DNA from: Octopus vulgaris
Taxonomy: Eukaryota
DNA: 64,000 bases
Assembly (NCBI GenBank): GCA_951406725.2
Contig: OX597819.1
Span: forward strand, 6,634,001-6,698,000
Direction of reading: 5' to 3'
In this document: positions 1 through 12,420 of the stretch, piece after piece
Layout: every line of letters starts with the position of its first letter
Numbering within the stretch: the stretch's first letter is position 1
Program-made: the position numbers and the translations under genes
Notes under the pieces: generated by a model
Told to the model about the DNA's origin: nothing
Seen by the model: the letters and a program-made list of their open reading frames with translations, nothing else
The model's database searches: none

Positions 1-356
1 GGCAGCGGACTCGCGGTCGTAGGATCGCGGTTTCGATTCCCAGACCGGGCGTTGTGAGTGTTTATTGAGCGAAAACACCTAAAGCTCCACGGGGCTCCGG
101 CAGGGGATGGTGGTGATCCCTGCTGTACTCTTTCACCACAACTTTCTCTCACTCTTACTTCCTGTTTCTGTTGTACCTGTATTTCAAAAGGCCGGCCTTG
201 TCACTCTCTGTGTCACGCTGAATATCCCCGAGAACTACGTTAAGGGTACACGTGTCTGTGGAGTGCTCAGCCACTTACACGTTAATCTCACGAGCAGGCT
301 GTTCCGTTGATTCGGATCAACCGGAACCCTCGTCGTCGTAACCGACGGAGTGCTTC
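1..356 (+). mobile_element. tRNA-Arg-like SINE (family A, OR-like), tail type 1, 5' end cut by window edge
   Basis: tRNA-like head GGCAGCGGACTCGCGGTCGTAGGATCGCGGTTTCGATTCC with B box; body shared with copies at 7367, 7761, 47503 and 49715. Confidence 0.85.
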
Positions 357-569
357 CTCCCTGTAACTCTTTAGTGTCGAACTGCTAATCTGTTTGAAAG
401 ACACGAATACGAATTCTTCCTTGGTGCACTTACAACCAAATAATCTCTGCTCAAATTTATCAGGATTTCTATGTTTCGAATTTACCTCCATCTGTGTACT
501 ATCCGGTTTGTTTATATGTGTGGTCTGTATTTTTAGCCGAATGTTTTATTACAAACCTCTCCTCTTGAT

Positions 570-1274
570 CCTGGTCCGCGATCATCTTCCATACTTTTCC
601 TGCCACGCTTGAATTCATTTACCCAGCGTTTCACTGTTAGTTAGTTAGTTACTTAATTTGGCTCAAAAGCAAGTAGCAAGGCCATGTAGGGGGACATGGA
701 GTTAAGTACAGGGTGGTGTTCATGTAAAGAGTTCAGGCCACTTGAGGTCAAGGGAGGCTTTGAACAAAACGGTCCTCGGCATCTTCACCATCTCGTCTGG
801 CAGCTTGTTCCACGGATCCGCAACCCGGACGGAGAAAGTTCCTCTCCTTCGATTGAGATGAAATCGTCGCAGGTAGAGCTTTTCGGAATGACCCCGCAGC
901 CGACGCTCTGGAGCAGGAGTGAAGAACAGCTCTTTCGAGAGGTTACACTTTCCGCTTATGATGTTGTGGGCGAGAATGAGATCACCTGTTGCATATGAAG
1001 GAGCATTGTCTGTTAAGTTTCTCACCATATCTTCATGGATTTCTGATGGAGTCATGCCTTTCAAATGAAGGTACTTTATAACAGCACGATACTCACTTTT
1101 CTCCATTTTCCTTGTAAATTCGAAGCTTGTTTATTCATAAATCTGCAGCAAAAATGATTAAAATATCAGAATCATGAAAATGAGCAAGAATACTCCGAAA
1201 AGACTGTACTTACCAGAAAAAGCTGTTTCAGCTATATAGCAGCCCCGTTTCTTGGTTAGACTCAAATCTTTTCA

Positions 1275-1275
<1 letters not shown>
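570..1275 (-). pseudogene. mariner transposase N-terminal remnant split by a CR1 insertion
   Basis: MEKSEYRAVIKYLHLKGMTPSEIHEDM..APSYAT (986-1106) continues as VKRWVNEFKRGRKSMEDD at 570-638; typical mariner HTH region. Confidence 0.8.
639..985 (-). mobile_element. CR1-clade LINE 3' end
   Basis: LRGHSEKL..FSVRVADPWNKLP..FKASLD is the CR1 ORF2 C-terminal signature; (TAAC)n tail; CTGTT repeated at 634-638 and 986-990 (candidate 5-bp TSD). Confidence 0.85.
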
Positions 1276-1323
<48 letters not shown>

Positions 1324-1342
1324 ATGGATTTATGCATTTATG

Positions 1343-1513
1343 TAGATATTTGTATTTAATTGTGACCGTCACTTAGCGGTTCAGCAAAAGAAACCGATAG
1401 AATAAGTACTGGGCTTACAAAGAATAAGTCCCAGAGTCGATTTGCTCGACTAAAGGCGGTGCTCCAGCATGGCCGCAGTCAAATGACTCAAACAAGTAAA
1501 AGAGTAAAAGAGT
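1343..1513 (+). mobile_element. SINE family B, 3' portion
   Basis: CTTAGCGGTTCAGCAAAAG...GGCGGTGCTCCAGCATGGCCGCAGTCAAATGACT...(GTAAAAGA)n matches the full copy at 44677-45101. Confidence 0.85.
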
Positions 1514-2497
1514 ATATTATATGTGTCTGTGTTTCCATATAGTATATTACACTGCCCTCGTGAGACACGATACAATTTGCGTTCGAAGTTTCAAAATCGA
1601 TATGAAGCTGATGATATCCATACTAGATTTATTTATATTAAATGTTGTTTTATTGGCAGCTTATTTGATTTCTCATATTTATATAGTTGTTTTTTTTGTG
1701 ATATTCCAATGTGCTTTGCTGTTAACGGCTCTTGTTTGATTCTTACTCTGGGTTATATATCTTCCGGTAAACCAGATTAAATAAGATTTCTTAATTTCAC
1801 TGCTGTTTGTAAATATCTTGTTAACTTCCAGCATTATAGCCAATTGGCGATCTGCCTCACACATTTGGAAATCTTAACGGTTTCGTTAAATATCAAGTAT
1901 TCCGTTTGTACGATAATCTTAGATAACTTCGATTTAATTTGGTGAGATTGTTCAAACTGTTGCGGACATACACACACGGTAGTGATATTGCCTTTCCGCC
2001 TAATTCCAATGACATCCTCTCACTACACTCTTTAGTACCGAAGTAGTTTGTTTGCCCACGAACTCTTGTAATCTCGTTTCACATAATCAAGTCGATGGCC
2101 CCACAAGCCTGATTCTTTATTAGTTCTAGACTCTCAAGTTTCACACCATTACTAACAAAACTTTAGAGATTGACGCCCGAAGAATCGCACGTAACCAGAA
2201 ACACGTAGATTCGAAGGTGCAGTTCTGCTATTTTCAGTTGTTCGCTCAAAATTATGCTGGGGCACCTCCCCAAGGATTTAATCGAGTAGGTCAATTCTAA
2301 TAATATATCTAGCATTTTATTGATATCAGAGAGTAAAGAATCGGAGTTAACCTGGGTTGCATTTGACCTGAGAAAGTAATAAAAGTTTCAATATTCTACC
2401 GATTATGCCAATCCACACCCATCTTTATTTCCTTTGCTACGTGTGTAGTACTTATGTCTGTGTATGTGTGTGTGAACTGAGTCTTTCTCTAGATGGA

Positions 2498-2528
2498 TCT
2501 ACGTATACAATTTATTATATATCACTGT

Positions 2529-2606
<78 letters not shown>

Positions 2607-3022
2607 GTGTGTAAAGAAGGGATTGTTTTCTTAACTGGAATGACAATAAAAGGTTATATGCCGAATTTTAGAATAGTCTTACATATTTTCACTGTTCCTC
2701 TTGCTGAAAAAATTTGCGCGTTATTAGGTGTTTTTCTTTCTCTCACATTCTAGAGCTCCATGACCTTCATTTTTCAGGTGCAAAATCCTTTTAACAGGTT
2801 CAATAAGACTGGAATTTTGGAATATGCACATAAAAATCAGTAGTATGGGATACATGTGGCATGATTACAATTTTTTTAGGGTGTGTAAAGAGGGAAATAA
2901 CCCTCATCTGCAATTTTGATGAAATTCGAAACATAGGTATTCCAGTTCATTACAGAAAATATAACAGAAAAGTCTAATTCTTCAATTGAATGTAACACGG
3001 GCAACGCCGGGTATCTCTGCAA

Positions 3023-3023
<1 letters not shown>
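2498..3023 (+). mobile_element. non-autonomous Helitron (decayed)
   Basis: 5' A|TCTACGTATAC; 3' GC hairpin CGGGCAACGCCGGG followed by CAAG|T (CTAG variant). Confidence 0.55.
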
Positions 3024-3081
<58 letters not shown>

Positions 3082-3271
3082 TATATATATAAAGTTGCTT
3101 TAGCTCCCTCCCTCGCTTTTCGTCAACTCATGAGGTTAATGCTTTGTCTGGCTATTCGAGTCATTTTTTACTCTTATTTCTAGCAATGCCGATACTTTTT
3201 GTAACCTTGTGTGATAATTTGCTTTTAGGTTTTAATTGCTAATAGCCACCTATATTATAATTTCTTTTCTT

Positions 3272-3392
3272 TCTAGTTTCAGCTCAGAGCTGCGGCCATG
3301 CTGATGCACCGCCGTTTTGCTACACTGTTATTACTAAGAGCCTCCTCTAATATGTGACACTTGGTGAAGAATGGAGTTTGATACAGCTACCC
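3272..3392 (-). mobile_element. LINE 3' tail sharing its terminus with SINE family B
   Basis: Minus strand GGCGGTGCATCAGCATGGCCGCAGCTCTGAGCTGAAACTAG; similar tail at about 23778-23820 (+). Confidence 0.55.
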
Positions 3393-3416
3393 ACATATAT
3401 ATACACACATATATAT

Positions 3417-3451
<35 letters not shown>

Positions 3452-3628
3452 TAGACAGACAAACAAATAGAGAATGTGTACAAGCATATATCTCTACGCA
3501 CGTTCAATTTAATAGATATATATACAACTGATTATACGTTTAGACTTACATAATGCTTGTGCGCGTGTGAAATGTGCGTTTGTTTTGTTTGCAGCATATT
3601 CAACTGTCTCTGCCTGTTTGTCTGCCTG

Positions 3629-3876
<248 letters not shown>

Positions 3877-3894
3877 GTGGTAACATATAACAAT

Positions 3895-4263
3895 ATTGAC
3901 CGAGGTTTCCGTGGTCTTTTTCGTAGGCTTTTCTTCCCACGGATAAACCTTATCTGTTCCCCCTTTACACCGTACATCATGACACTGTGATACACGATCC
4001 CTATTGATCGTTTCTTTTCCTCTTCCCCTTTTTTCCTCTTTTTTCTTCTTTTTTCCTTTTTCTTTTCTTTTGTTTCTTTTCCTTTTTTTCTCTTCTTTTC
4101 TTTTTTCCCTTTTACGATCCCTTTTGATCGAAAACCTACGCCACTTTTTTTGTTTCTTTTGTTCTTTTGTTTTTTTTTTTTGTTTTTTTTCATCCCCCAA
4201 AAGAAAAGCTCTACCTTGTAATTTGTCCCATCTGTGTGCAGCCCTGTGTGGCCAATAAAGAAA
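3895..4263 (+). mobile_element. L1/Tx1-like LINE 3' UTR fragment
   Basis: Ends CTCTACCTTGTAATTTGTCCCATCTGTGTGCAGCCCTGTGTGGCCAATAAAGAAA then (TATC)n; homologous to the 3' end of the element at 14788-17060. Confidence 0.65.
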
Positions 4264-4264
4264 C

Positions 4265-4296
<32 letters not shown>

Positions 4297-5216
4297 TTGT
4301 CTGTCTGTCTGTCTGTCTCTCTGTCTCTCTGTCTGTCTAAATACCCAGTTATATGCTTATCTATCTATCTACATTTGATTTGAATATTTCATTTTATATT
4401 TGTTTTTCTGGCCCTCACTCCATCTTCTATGCCTCTGCAGCAATCTCTATACTTTTCATATACACTCTCTATTCTATCCTCCTTTCTTCAATTTCAGTTT
4501 TTATTTCTATCTCTTTATCTTTTCCTCTCACTCTAGTTTCACTCACTCACTGTATATTTCTTTCTCTCTTCCACCCTCTCTCTCTCTCTTACTTTTCCTT
4601 TTTTTCCAGCCCTGGGATTTTCACTGCACCATTTCCATTTCTTGTTTTTTCGCCCTGTTTGTATTAAACTTTGATTCTCGTTCTCCATATTCTCTTTCTT
4701 ACTCGCTGTCCCTCTCCCTTCTCTCTTTCTCACTCTCCCTTTCTCTCTCTCTCTCTCTTTATATATGTTTTCTTCCTTTCTATCATATACAACAATAACT
4801 CTTTCTTTCTTCCCTTCTTTCTCTTGTAGAATTACTTTATTTCATATCACATTGTTTCCATAATTATGCCGTGGCTATAGGTATTCCATGAACCAATCAC
4901 AGCATTTCCAGACGGCGGGAGTGGCAAGAGAAGACATGTTTAAATCGAGTTCCGAGAAATACAAAGGTTACTTTTTGTACGAAATTCAGTCTGTCGGTAT
5001 TTTAGCGATGTTTATACCTATCATTGATTTCTACATCTGTCAGACGTATCACATGCATACACTTACACAGTACCAGTCCGATGGATGTTTATGTTAGTGT
5101 GTATGTGTGTGAGAGGGAGATAGATAGCTAGAGAGAGAGAGTGTGTGTTTGTGTGTGTACACTGATAGTTAGACAGCTATAGTGATAGATAGACAGACAG
5201 ACAGACTGACAGAAAG

Positions 5217-5298
<82 letters not shown>

Positions 5299-5361
5299 TG
5301 CATGCATAAGTGTTGTTTTGCTGTCGACCGCAAAAGGTTATGGAAATATTTTCATCTCATA

Positions 5362-5752
5362 CTAGCAGTATCACCCGGTGTTGCTTGATTTTGTTTCGAC
5401 CCTTTAGAATTGAAATTTTTGAAAAGTAAAAATTTTGCATTATGCAACTTGTTATTCTTTTCAAGTGAACATTTTTCCAGTTGAAATACACCGAAAAATG
5501 GTGACACAGCGGTCAAAAATCGTAAAAAAAATAGGGATTTTCATAGAAAAAAAACACCTTTTTGATGTAAATAATTTTTGGTGTTAACATGGTCCGATTT
5601 GAATTTTATTTTCTACAGAATGAAGAGCAAGCCTTCTTCTATCATACTCTTAATTTTGGTCAACTTACGCTGCAGGGTCTCGAAGGAGATAGTGTTAGTT
5701 GAAGGCTACCAAACCTGCCACACACAGACAACTTCAGCTTTATATATATAGA
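5362..5752 (-). mobile_element. non-autonomous Helitron
   Basis: Minus strand starts A|TCTATATATATAAAG and ends with a hairpin then ACTGCTAG|T; no TSD; same termini as 41282-41668. Confidence 0.8.
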
Positions 5753-5801
5753 TTTACTGCACACTACTTTCCATCCTTAATAATGAAACTTGATAGATCC
5801 A

Positions 5802-6448
5802 AAAGTTAAACACACAGACACACACACAGATACACACACAGACACACAGAGTTTTATATATATAGATTTATCAACGGGGATTTCAGAGGAGAGTTTCAGG
5901 GAGTCGCTGGCGATGTATCGTGATGATCAAAAATCCGGCCTGCTAAAATTTAGTTAAAGTGATTCAAACTGCAGACTCAACGCAAAATGGTCACATTTAA
6001 TTCAAAGCGTTAAAAATGTTATGAAAACAATTGGTATATGTTCACAAAGTCCAAACGATTAATACGAAAAAACCCTCCAGGCTACATCCCAAAATTCATT
6101 TCTTTGCCGAATTTCTACAATGTTTGCGGCGATTCATTTTTATAACTTGATTTTTTTATTTTTCATGCAATTTACAGTTCACGTCAAACAGCTGATTGAG
6201 TAAAGTTCACTATTCAATGCATGGGATAAGGCCTAAACAAACACATTATCGATTTTTGCACTTGCGAGATGAATTTCGGAACAGATATAGCGCAGTTCAA
6301 TTTTCATTCGCCTAAACTTTAAGTGACCCATTTTTGGTGGTTCTACGATTTGTTGGCTAGTAGGAGATGTGCCGGAAAGTTAAACACACAGACACACACA
6401 CACACAGATACACACACAGACAAACAAATTGAGTTTTATATATATAGA
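5802..6448 (-). mobile_element. Helitron-like segment with duplicated 5' terminus
   Basis: About 65-75 bp direct repeat AAAGTTAAACACACAGAC...GAGTTTTATATATATAGA at 5802-5866 and 6376-6448. Confidence 0.55.
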
Positions 6449-7057
6449 TTTTATAAATTTCAGTATAAACATGAAAGTTGCAAAACTCATGACCCAAGCA
6501 ATTATGATACTTTCTCTTCGTTATGCATTTATAGCAAAGAACCGTTGTAAATCATTGTAAGACACTACACGAAATAAAATTAGAGAAGAAAACCTGAGTT
6601 GACAACATTATAATTGAATACAGAATTACACAAACGAAAAAATGAGAAAATAACTATGGAATATTTTACTATTAGCGAAATATAAACCGAAGTTCTATAC
6701 ACCGATACAGCGCAGTTAAAGTAGATCATGGAATTTATCAAAACTTGCAGTTGTATTCTTTCTGAAAACCCAGCTTTGGCGAAATTCTGGCGATGGCCTA
6801 GCGGAGATTTTGAAACATTTATGCAGTTACATACTAAAAAACACAGGTGTTTCAATCTAAACAGTAAAGTTTTATACGGAAATACGAGAAACTCTTTAAA
6901 TTATTGGTTTCGAAATAGGCGCGTTCTTAATATAAGATCTTGGAAAGAATATCTTCTTCCGATTTACACACACATACATGCATTCACATAAACACACGTA
7001 CACACGTATTGATAATACATATATATGTGTGTGTGTGTGTGTGTGTGTATGTTTGTA

Positions 7058-7091
<34 letters not shown>

Positions 7092-7124
7092 GAGAGAGAG
7101 AGATGTATATATATATATATATAT

Positions 7125-7296
7125 ACCGGAGTAAACACATAAATGTGAAACAAGGTGGAAAAAAGAGTACTCAAATACCAGTGGTAGAGTAATATGCTTT
7201 ATTTAAAGCAGCAGAAAATTCAAAAAGTGTACGATGAACGGCAACGGGAAACTCAGAGTAACAGGTTTTGTTGAATTTTCTGCTGCTTTAAATAAA

Positions 7297-7297
<1 letters not shown>
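7125..7297. mobile_element. PLE-like non-coding fragment with inverted arms around a decayed HHR-like motif
   Basis: CTTTATTTAAAGCAGCAGAAAATTCAA / TTGAATTTTCTGCTGCTTTAAATAAAG arms; spacer TGT-ACGATGA-ACG gcaa CGG-GAAAC tcaga GTA-ACA (7228-7263); (TA)n flanks. Confidence 0.5.
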
Positions 7298-7361
<64 letters not shown>

Positions 7362-7366
7362 TATGG

Positions 7367-7670
7367 GGCGCATAGGCCCAGGCGTACCGGCAGGCACTTG
7401 CGGACGTAGGATCGCGATTTCGATCCCAGAGCGGGCATTGTGAGTGTTTATTGAGCGAAAACACCTAAAAGCACTACGAGCTCAGCGGGGCTGGGGTGGC
7501 GATCCCTCCTATATTATTTCGCCACAACTTTTTCTCAGTCATTCTTCAGTTGGCCTGCTCGCTTAGCCACCGTGGTGGCATCATTTGGAGGCTAAAACAA
7601 TGCGAAGCGCATTGTGACCAGTGATGTGTAGCAACATCTAATAGCCTGGTCGGTTACATGATCACGTGAT
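7367..7670 (+). mobile_element. SINE family A, tail type 2
   Basis: Same head and body as 1-356; tail GGCCTGCTCGCTTAGCC...GCCTGGTCGG..ATCACGTGAT. Confidence 0.85.
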
Positions 7671-7760
7671 ATATATATATATATATATGTATGTATGTGT
7701 ATATATTTTAATACATATATGTATGTATATATATATATGTGTGTGTGTGTATGTGTGTGT

Positions 7761-8068
7761 ATCACCGTGACGACTGTGACCGACCAGGCTATCAGATGTT
7801 GTTACACATAGCTAGTTACAATACGCTTCGCATTGTTTTAGCCTTCAAATGACGCCACCCCGCTGGCTAAGCGAGCAGGCCAACAGAAGAAAGAGTGGGA
7901 CAAAGTTGTGGTGAAAGAGTACAGCAGGGATCACCACCATCCCCTGCCGAAGCCTTGTGGAGGTTTAGGTGTTTTTGCTCAGTAAACACTCACAACGCCC
8001 GGTCAGGGAATCTAATCCGCGATCCTACAACCGCGATTCTGCTGCCCTAACCACTGGGCCATTGCGCC
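7761..8068 (-). mobile_element. SINE family A, tail type 2 (inverted relative to 7367-7670)
   Basis: Reverse complement begins GGCGCAATGGCCCAGTGGTTAGGGCAGC (A box). Confidence 0.88.
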
Positions 8069-8521
8069 ATTGGGCCATTGTGTGTGCGTGTATGTACATA
8101 TGATAGAAATATGTTACTAAAAGAAAATAGAAACTACATGTGGAAATGTAAGAAGAAAGTAAGAAGAAAAATAAGCGAAAATGCACATTGGAAATCAAAA
8201 AAGGCAAAAGCTTTTTTATGAAATGTAACGATAGATATATACAATTAGATGAACTGAGGTAGGAATAAAAGTAATAAAAGTCATTATTGTGAAGTGTTAA
8301 AGAGATTCAAAAGCATACCGATTTCGTGAATTTATTAATCATTGTTTTGAATGCAGACTGATTAATGAACGGTGTCGCGTCTACTAGTCCCTGAATAAAA
8401 CGATTAAGTAGTTCTGGATTTGGTGCAATTAGGGAAGGTATAGATCTGTAATGTGAATGGTGTATGGGATGTATGGGGGTTAGTGGTATTAATTGAAAGG
8501 TTAGTAGTGTTCTGTATTATG

Positions 8522-8837
8522 TTATGTGTTCATATTGAGTTGTGGAAGATATTTTTTTATGAAAGTTGTCTCTCTATTTATTCTTTGTTGTACTGAGGTG
8601 TTCTTTGAACATTGACAGAATGGGAAAATTAGGAAATTAGGATTGAGTTTCCGAGCATACCTTACTATGTGTTCACTAACCTGTATCTGTCTGAATTGTG
8701 GGTGGCGGATTTGTTCTTTGTGGAGAGTGGTTCTTCGACGGAGTGATATTCCTGTTTGGCCAATATAATTATTACCACACCCTAAGCATGGAATGGCATA
8801 GATTAGATTTTCCGAGGTACAGCTGAAATTTGATTTG

Positions 8838-8842
<5 letters not shown>
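8522..8842 (-). pseudogene. Penelope-like element GIY-YIG endonuclease (C-terminal 106 aa, open, no start codon)
   Basis: Manual translation KIKSNFSCTSENLIYAIPCLGCGNNYIGQTGISLRRRTTLHKEQIRHPQFRQIQVSEHI...RETTFIKKYLPQLNMNT*; NLIY-x2-C-x2-C-x3-YIGQT-x6-R-x3-H pattern of PLE GIY-YIG. Confidence 0.88.
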
Positions 8843-8869
<27 letters not shown>

Positions 8870-9080
8870 ACGAACAGACCGCTTCAGTCACGAATGAGCA
8901 TAGGATTGCCACAAGGAAATTTCCACCCGAGGCACAAGTCAGCACAAGGTTATTTTATAGAAGACCAGCAATCACCCATGCATTCCAGACTCTCCTCTTC
9001 ACACCGTCGATGTTTCCAATAGGAAAGCAATGACCGATACAGCTGAGTGAACTGGAGCAACGTGAAATATAATTTGTTGC
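8870..9080 (-). mobile_element. SINE family D fragment
   Basis: CAGCTGAGTGAACTGGAGCAACGTGAAAT is complementary to the body that follows the tRNA head at 34789-34904 and 42430-42515. Confidence 0.5.
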
Positions 9081-9085
9081 TATAT

Positions 9086-9137
<52 letters not shown>

Positions 9138-9170
9138 TATACATACATACATATATATATACATATATAT

Positions 9171-9223
<53 letters not shown>

Positions 9224-9537
9224 TATATACTCTAAATAATTCATACGGAAAACAAAGTACGCTGGAAACTTTATTTATAACAACGATCGTTTCGGTATAA
9301 TTCTGCATTACTCACTTGTGGTTGTGGAACAGTATAATGAATTCCTATGCACCCCACAGTGCAGAAATATTTTATCATGGGACGTTACAGGATTCCAAAC
9401 TACATAAGTCATATAAACCATACCACAGGCATTCTCCATTCCTCATTCATCGTTGATGTATTTGAATTGCGACTACTACCAACATCATCTAGCTAAGCCT
9501 ACAGAGTGAGATGTAACTTATGTAACTTGGAATCCTG

Positions 9538-9648
9538 TTGTCACCTGATGAGGCATTTCTGTACCGTGGGGTGCATTGGAATTCATTATACTGTCCCCCA
9601 CCCACCAGGAAGCAGTGCAGAATTATGCCGAAACGATCGTTGTGATAA
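9538..9648 (+). ncRNA. type I hammerhead ribozyme motif
   Basis: Stem I TTGTCAC/GTGATAA; CTGATGA 9545-9551; stem II GGCAT/ATGCC with long insert; GAAA 9630-9633; palindromic stem III ACGATCGT; GUU cleavage triplet. Confidence 0.8.
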
Positions 9649-9792
9649 ATGAAGTCTCTAGCATACTCAGTTTCCCTATTATTTATTTAGAATATACCCA
9701 ACGTGTACCGAGGAATTCCTAACGTAGATCCAGATAGGATAACGCCAGATAGGGCGTCACTAGAGACATACCCAAAATACAATTTATATATA

Positions 9793-9964
9793 TCTTTTAC
9801 TCTTTTACTTGTTTCAGTCATGCTGGAGGAAATCGACCCTGGGGTCTTATTCTTTGTAAACCTAGTATTTATTCTATCGGTCTCTTTTGCCGAACCGCTA
9901 AGTTACGGGGGACGTAAATATACCAGCATCGGTTGTCAAGCGATGTTAGGGGGAGACAGACACA

Positions 9965-10014
<50 letters not shown>

Positions 10015-10192
10015 CATATATACATATATACGACGAGCTTCTTTCAGTTTCTGTCTACCAAATCCACTCACAAGACATTGGTCAGCCCGAGTTTATAGTA
10101 GAAGACACTTGCCCAAGGTGCCACGCAGTGGGACTGAACCCGGAACCATGTGGTTGGTAAGCAAGCTACTCACCACACAGCCACTCCTACGC

Positions 10193-10193
<1 letters not shown>
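9793..10193 (-). mobile_element. SINE family B (internal CA/TA microsatellite)
   Basis: Reverse complement of 44677-45101 with a small deletion near the 3' end. Confidence 0.9.
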
Positions 10194-10257
<64 letters not shown>

Positions 10258-10264
<7 letters not shown>

Positions 10265-10501
10265 TTTAATAAGGGTGGAAATTGATATTAATCAATTAAA
10301 ACCAGTGGCCCAGCATATTAAAAAAATCCGAAGATTAAAATAGTTTTACATACAAAATTTAAAGAACTGACCACTAAAAGTGGACGGTCAACATGTTAGA
10401 TATAGACGTCAAATCGCTATTTTCCACAAAGAATATGTTCTCAAATAAAAAACTCAACAGAAACCAAAGCATGAAAAATAAGCAAGACAAATGAAAATAT
10501 A

Positions 10502-10505
<4 letters not shown>
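10258..10505 (-). mobile_element. fragment of the HHR-carrying non-coding element, truncated before the ribozyme
   Basis: AATAAGGGTGGAAATTGATATTAATCAATTAAAACCAGTGGCCCAGCATA...TGACCACTAA..GTGGAC...AGCAAGACAAATGAAAA aligns with 43345-43600; (TA)n on both sides. Confidence 0.7.
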
Positions 10506-10554
<49 letters not shown>

Positions 10555-10804
10555 ATTTTTATATATTTAGTCTTTGACTATTTGCTTTTTCCCACTAGGT
10601 CGCTGGTAGCGATAAATTTCTATTGAATTTTTTGCTACCCTAAATTGATTAATTGATAATTTTCTGACTAATTCTGAGATTGAATCGGCAGTTTATATTT
10701 ACTGCTGATAAGTTGGCGCGAATACGATTGTCTTGAAAATTTTAAGACAGATATTCCGTAGGCATTGATACAGACGCCTCGTGTTTATCAGTCTCTCCCC
10801 GGTT

Positions 10805-10905
10805 TCTTTACTGATGAAGTGTAACCCATGGTAGATTAGCTTAATTTTAATTTAATTAAGCTAATTTTACCATTAAAAACACCGAAACGATGCATCGTAT
10901 AAAGA
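10805..10905 (+). ncRNA. type I hammerhead ribozyme motif
   Basis: Stem I TCTTTA/TAAAGA; CTGATGA 10811-10817; stem II GTGT/ACAC extended by ATGGTAGATTAGCTTAATT/AATTAAGCTAATTTTACCAT; GAAA 10884-10887; stem III ACGATGCATCGT; GUA triplet. Confidence 0.85.
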
Positions 10906-11022
10906 TGAATTAGGGTAAACGTTTTTAAATTTTCACCTAATTTCTGAATTACTACTACTTAGCGGTTTGACTGCTCTCTCTAGTGGACGAATGGCCTATT
11001 AAGACCATTCCTAAATTGTTTA

Positions 11023-11075
<53 letters not shown>

Positions 11076-11605
11076 CCCAAACGGCATTGCTCGTATTGAA
11101 GAGCGATGTTCGAAATACACCACGCACCCACGCACCCATGCAGCGGGATTGACCCTGGGTCTACGTGGTTGTGAAACAAACTCCTTTGCTGAGCCATGCC
11201 TCCACCCACCCTGTCCCTCTCTATTTACATTCAACTTCTCATCTCAACTTCTGTCCTCTCTTAAATCCCACTCTCTCTCTCTCCTCTCTCCCCTGCCCTT
11301 TCTCTCTCTCTCCCTCTTACTTCACTTTTTATATTTCTTTTTTATTTCCTCTCTCTGCGTCGTTTATCTCAACTTTCTTAGTTCCTAATTACCACTCACT
11401 TTTCTCTCAGACACTGCTTCCCGTATTCTTCTTCCTCTTCAATTTTCTCTCTCTTTCTCTCTGACTCCCCCTCAGTGTTTTCTTCTTTCTCTTTCTATTA
11501 TCTTCTCTTTCCTCTGCTCCTAAATCCCAATGCTATATATCAACTCATCCTGCCTGACTAATTTGTTATCTATCCTTTCAAATTCTCTAATATTTTTTCT
11601 CTCGC

Positions 11606-11642
<37 letters not shown>

Positions 11643-12420
11643 CTCGCTTTCTCTATCCCTCTCTTTCCCCTCTCTCTTCCTCCCCTCTCTCTCTCTCTCT
11701 CTGTCTATCACAGTGACATGTTTATGTATGTAATTTAGTTCAGATTTAAACAATGATAACAACTCCAGTCGTCACGAAAGTGGCTTGGTGGGGATACACG
11801 TGGAAATCTTGATACCAAAGAGAAATAAACAGTGTGTACAAAGTTTGGTTGAATACAGTCAAGTAAACACTCATTAAATTCAGTCAGAGTAATTAACAAT
11901 TAGCTGCTAAAATAGGTAATGACTCCATTAAGGTATGATCAAAAGCCATAACGATATACAAAGAGCTAAAGCCTCTTGCTCTTTGTTATTGTTTACTCTT
12001 ATCTGACCACTCAGTTTCATAATCTTGGTATCTAATAAGACCGTTTAAATCCTGAACAGCTTTATCAGGTCAACAAAACATTAGAATAGATTATGTATCG
12101 CTTCTACAAGCTAGAGAGAGCAACCACAATACCCCTGTTAGAAAGAGCAACCAAAATATCACCCAAATCATTCCTATTGTTTATGAAGAAAGGGAAGGAC
12201 ATATTAGAGAATGAAGTCCTGGTTGTGTTGTGCTTGAATGAAAAACCAGATGCTCAAGATATGAAACATTTGTTTCGGAAGTCTGCTGAACCAGAAATAA
12301 CCTACGTTTACATAACATTTTTTAAAGATTCCTATAACTGAATTTGTCAGTTTTGTATTTTGTGTCGTTTGAAATCACTTCTGGATTACTACTTTGTATT
12401 ATGTATATTCATACATAATT

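Noticed and set aside
1750-2200. Possible decayed transposase or exon; similar complex stretches at 14000-14700 and 23060-23690
   Set aside because: Frames are broken and I could not recognise any motif; left unannotated.
6728-6991. ORF containing YWFRNRR, resembling homeodomain helix 3
   Set aside because: No helix 1/2 residues or basic tail, and no clear splice acceptor in the expected place; likely chance.
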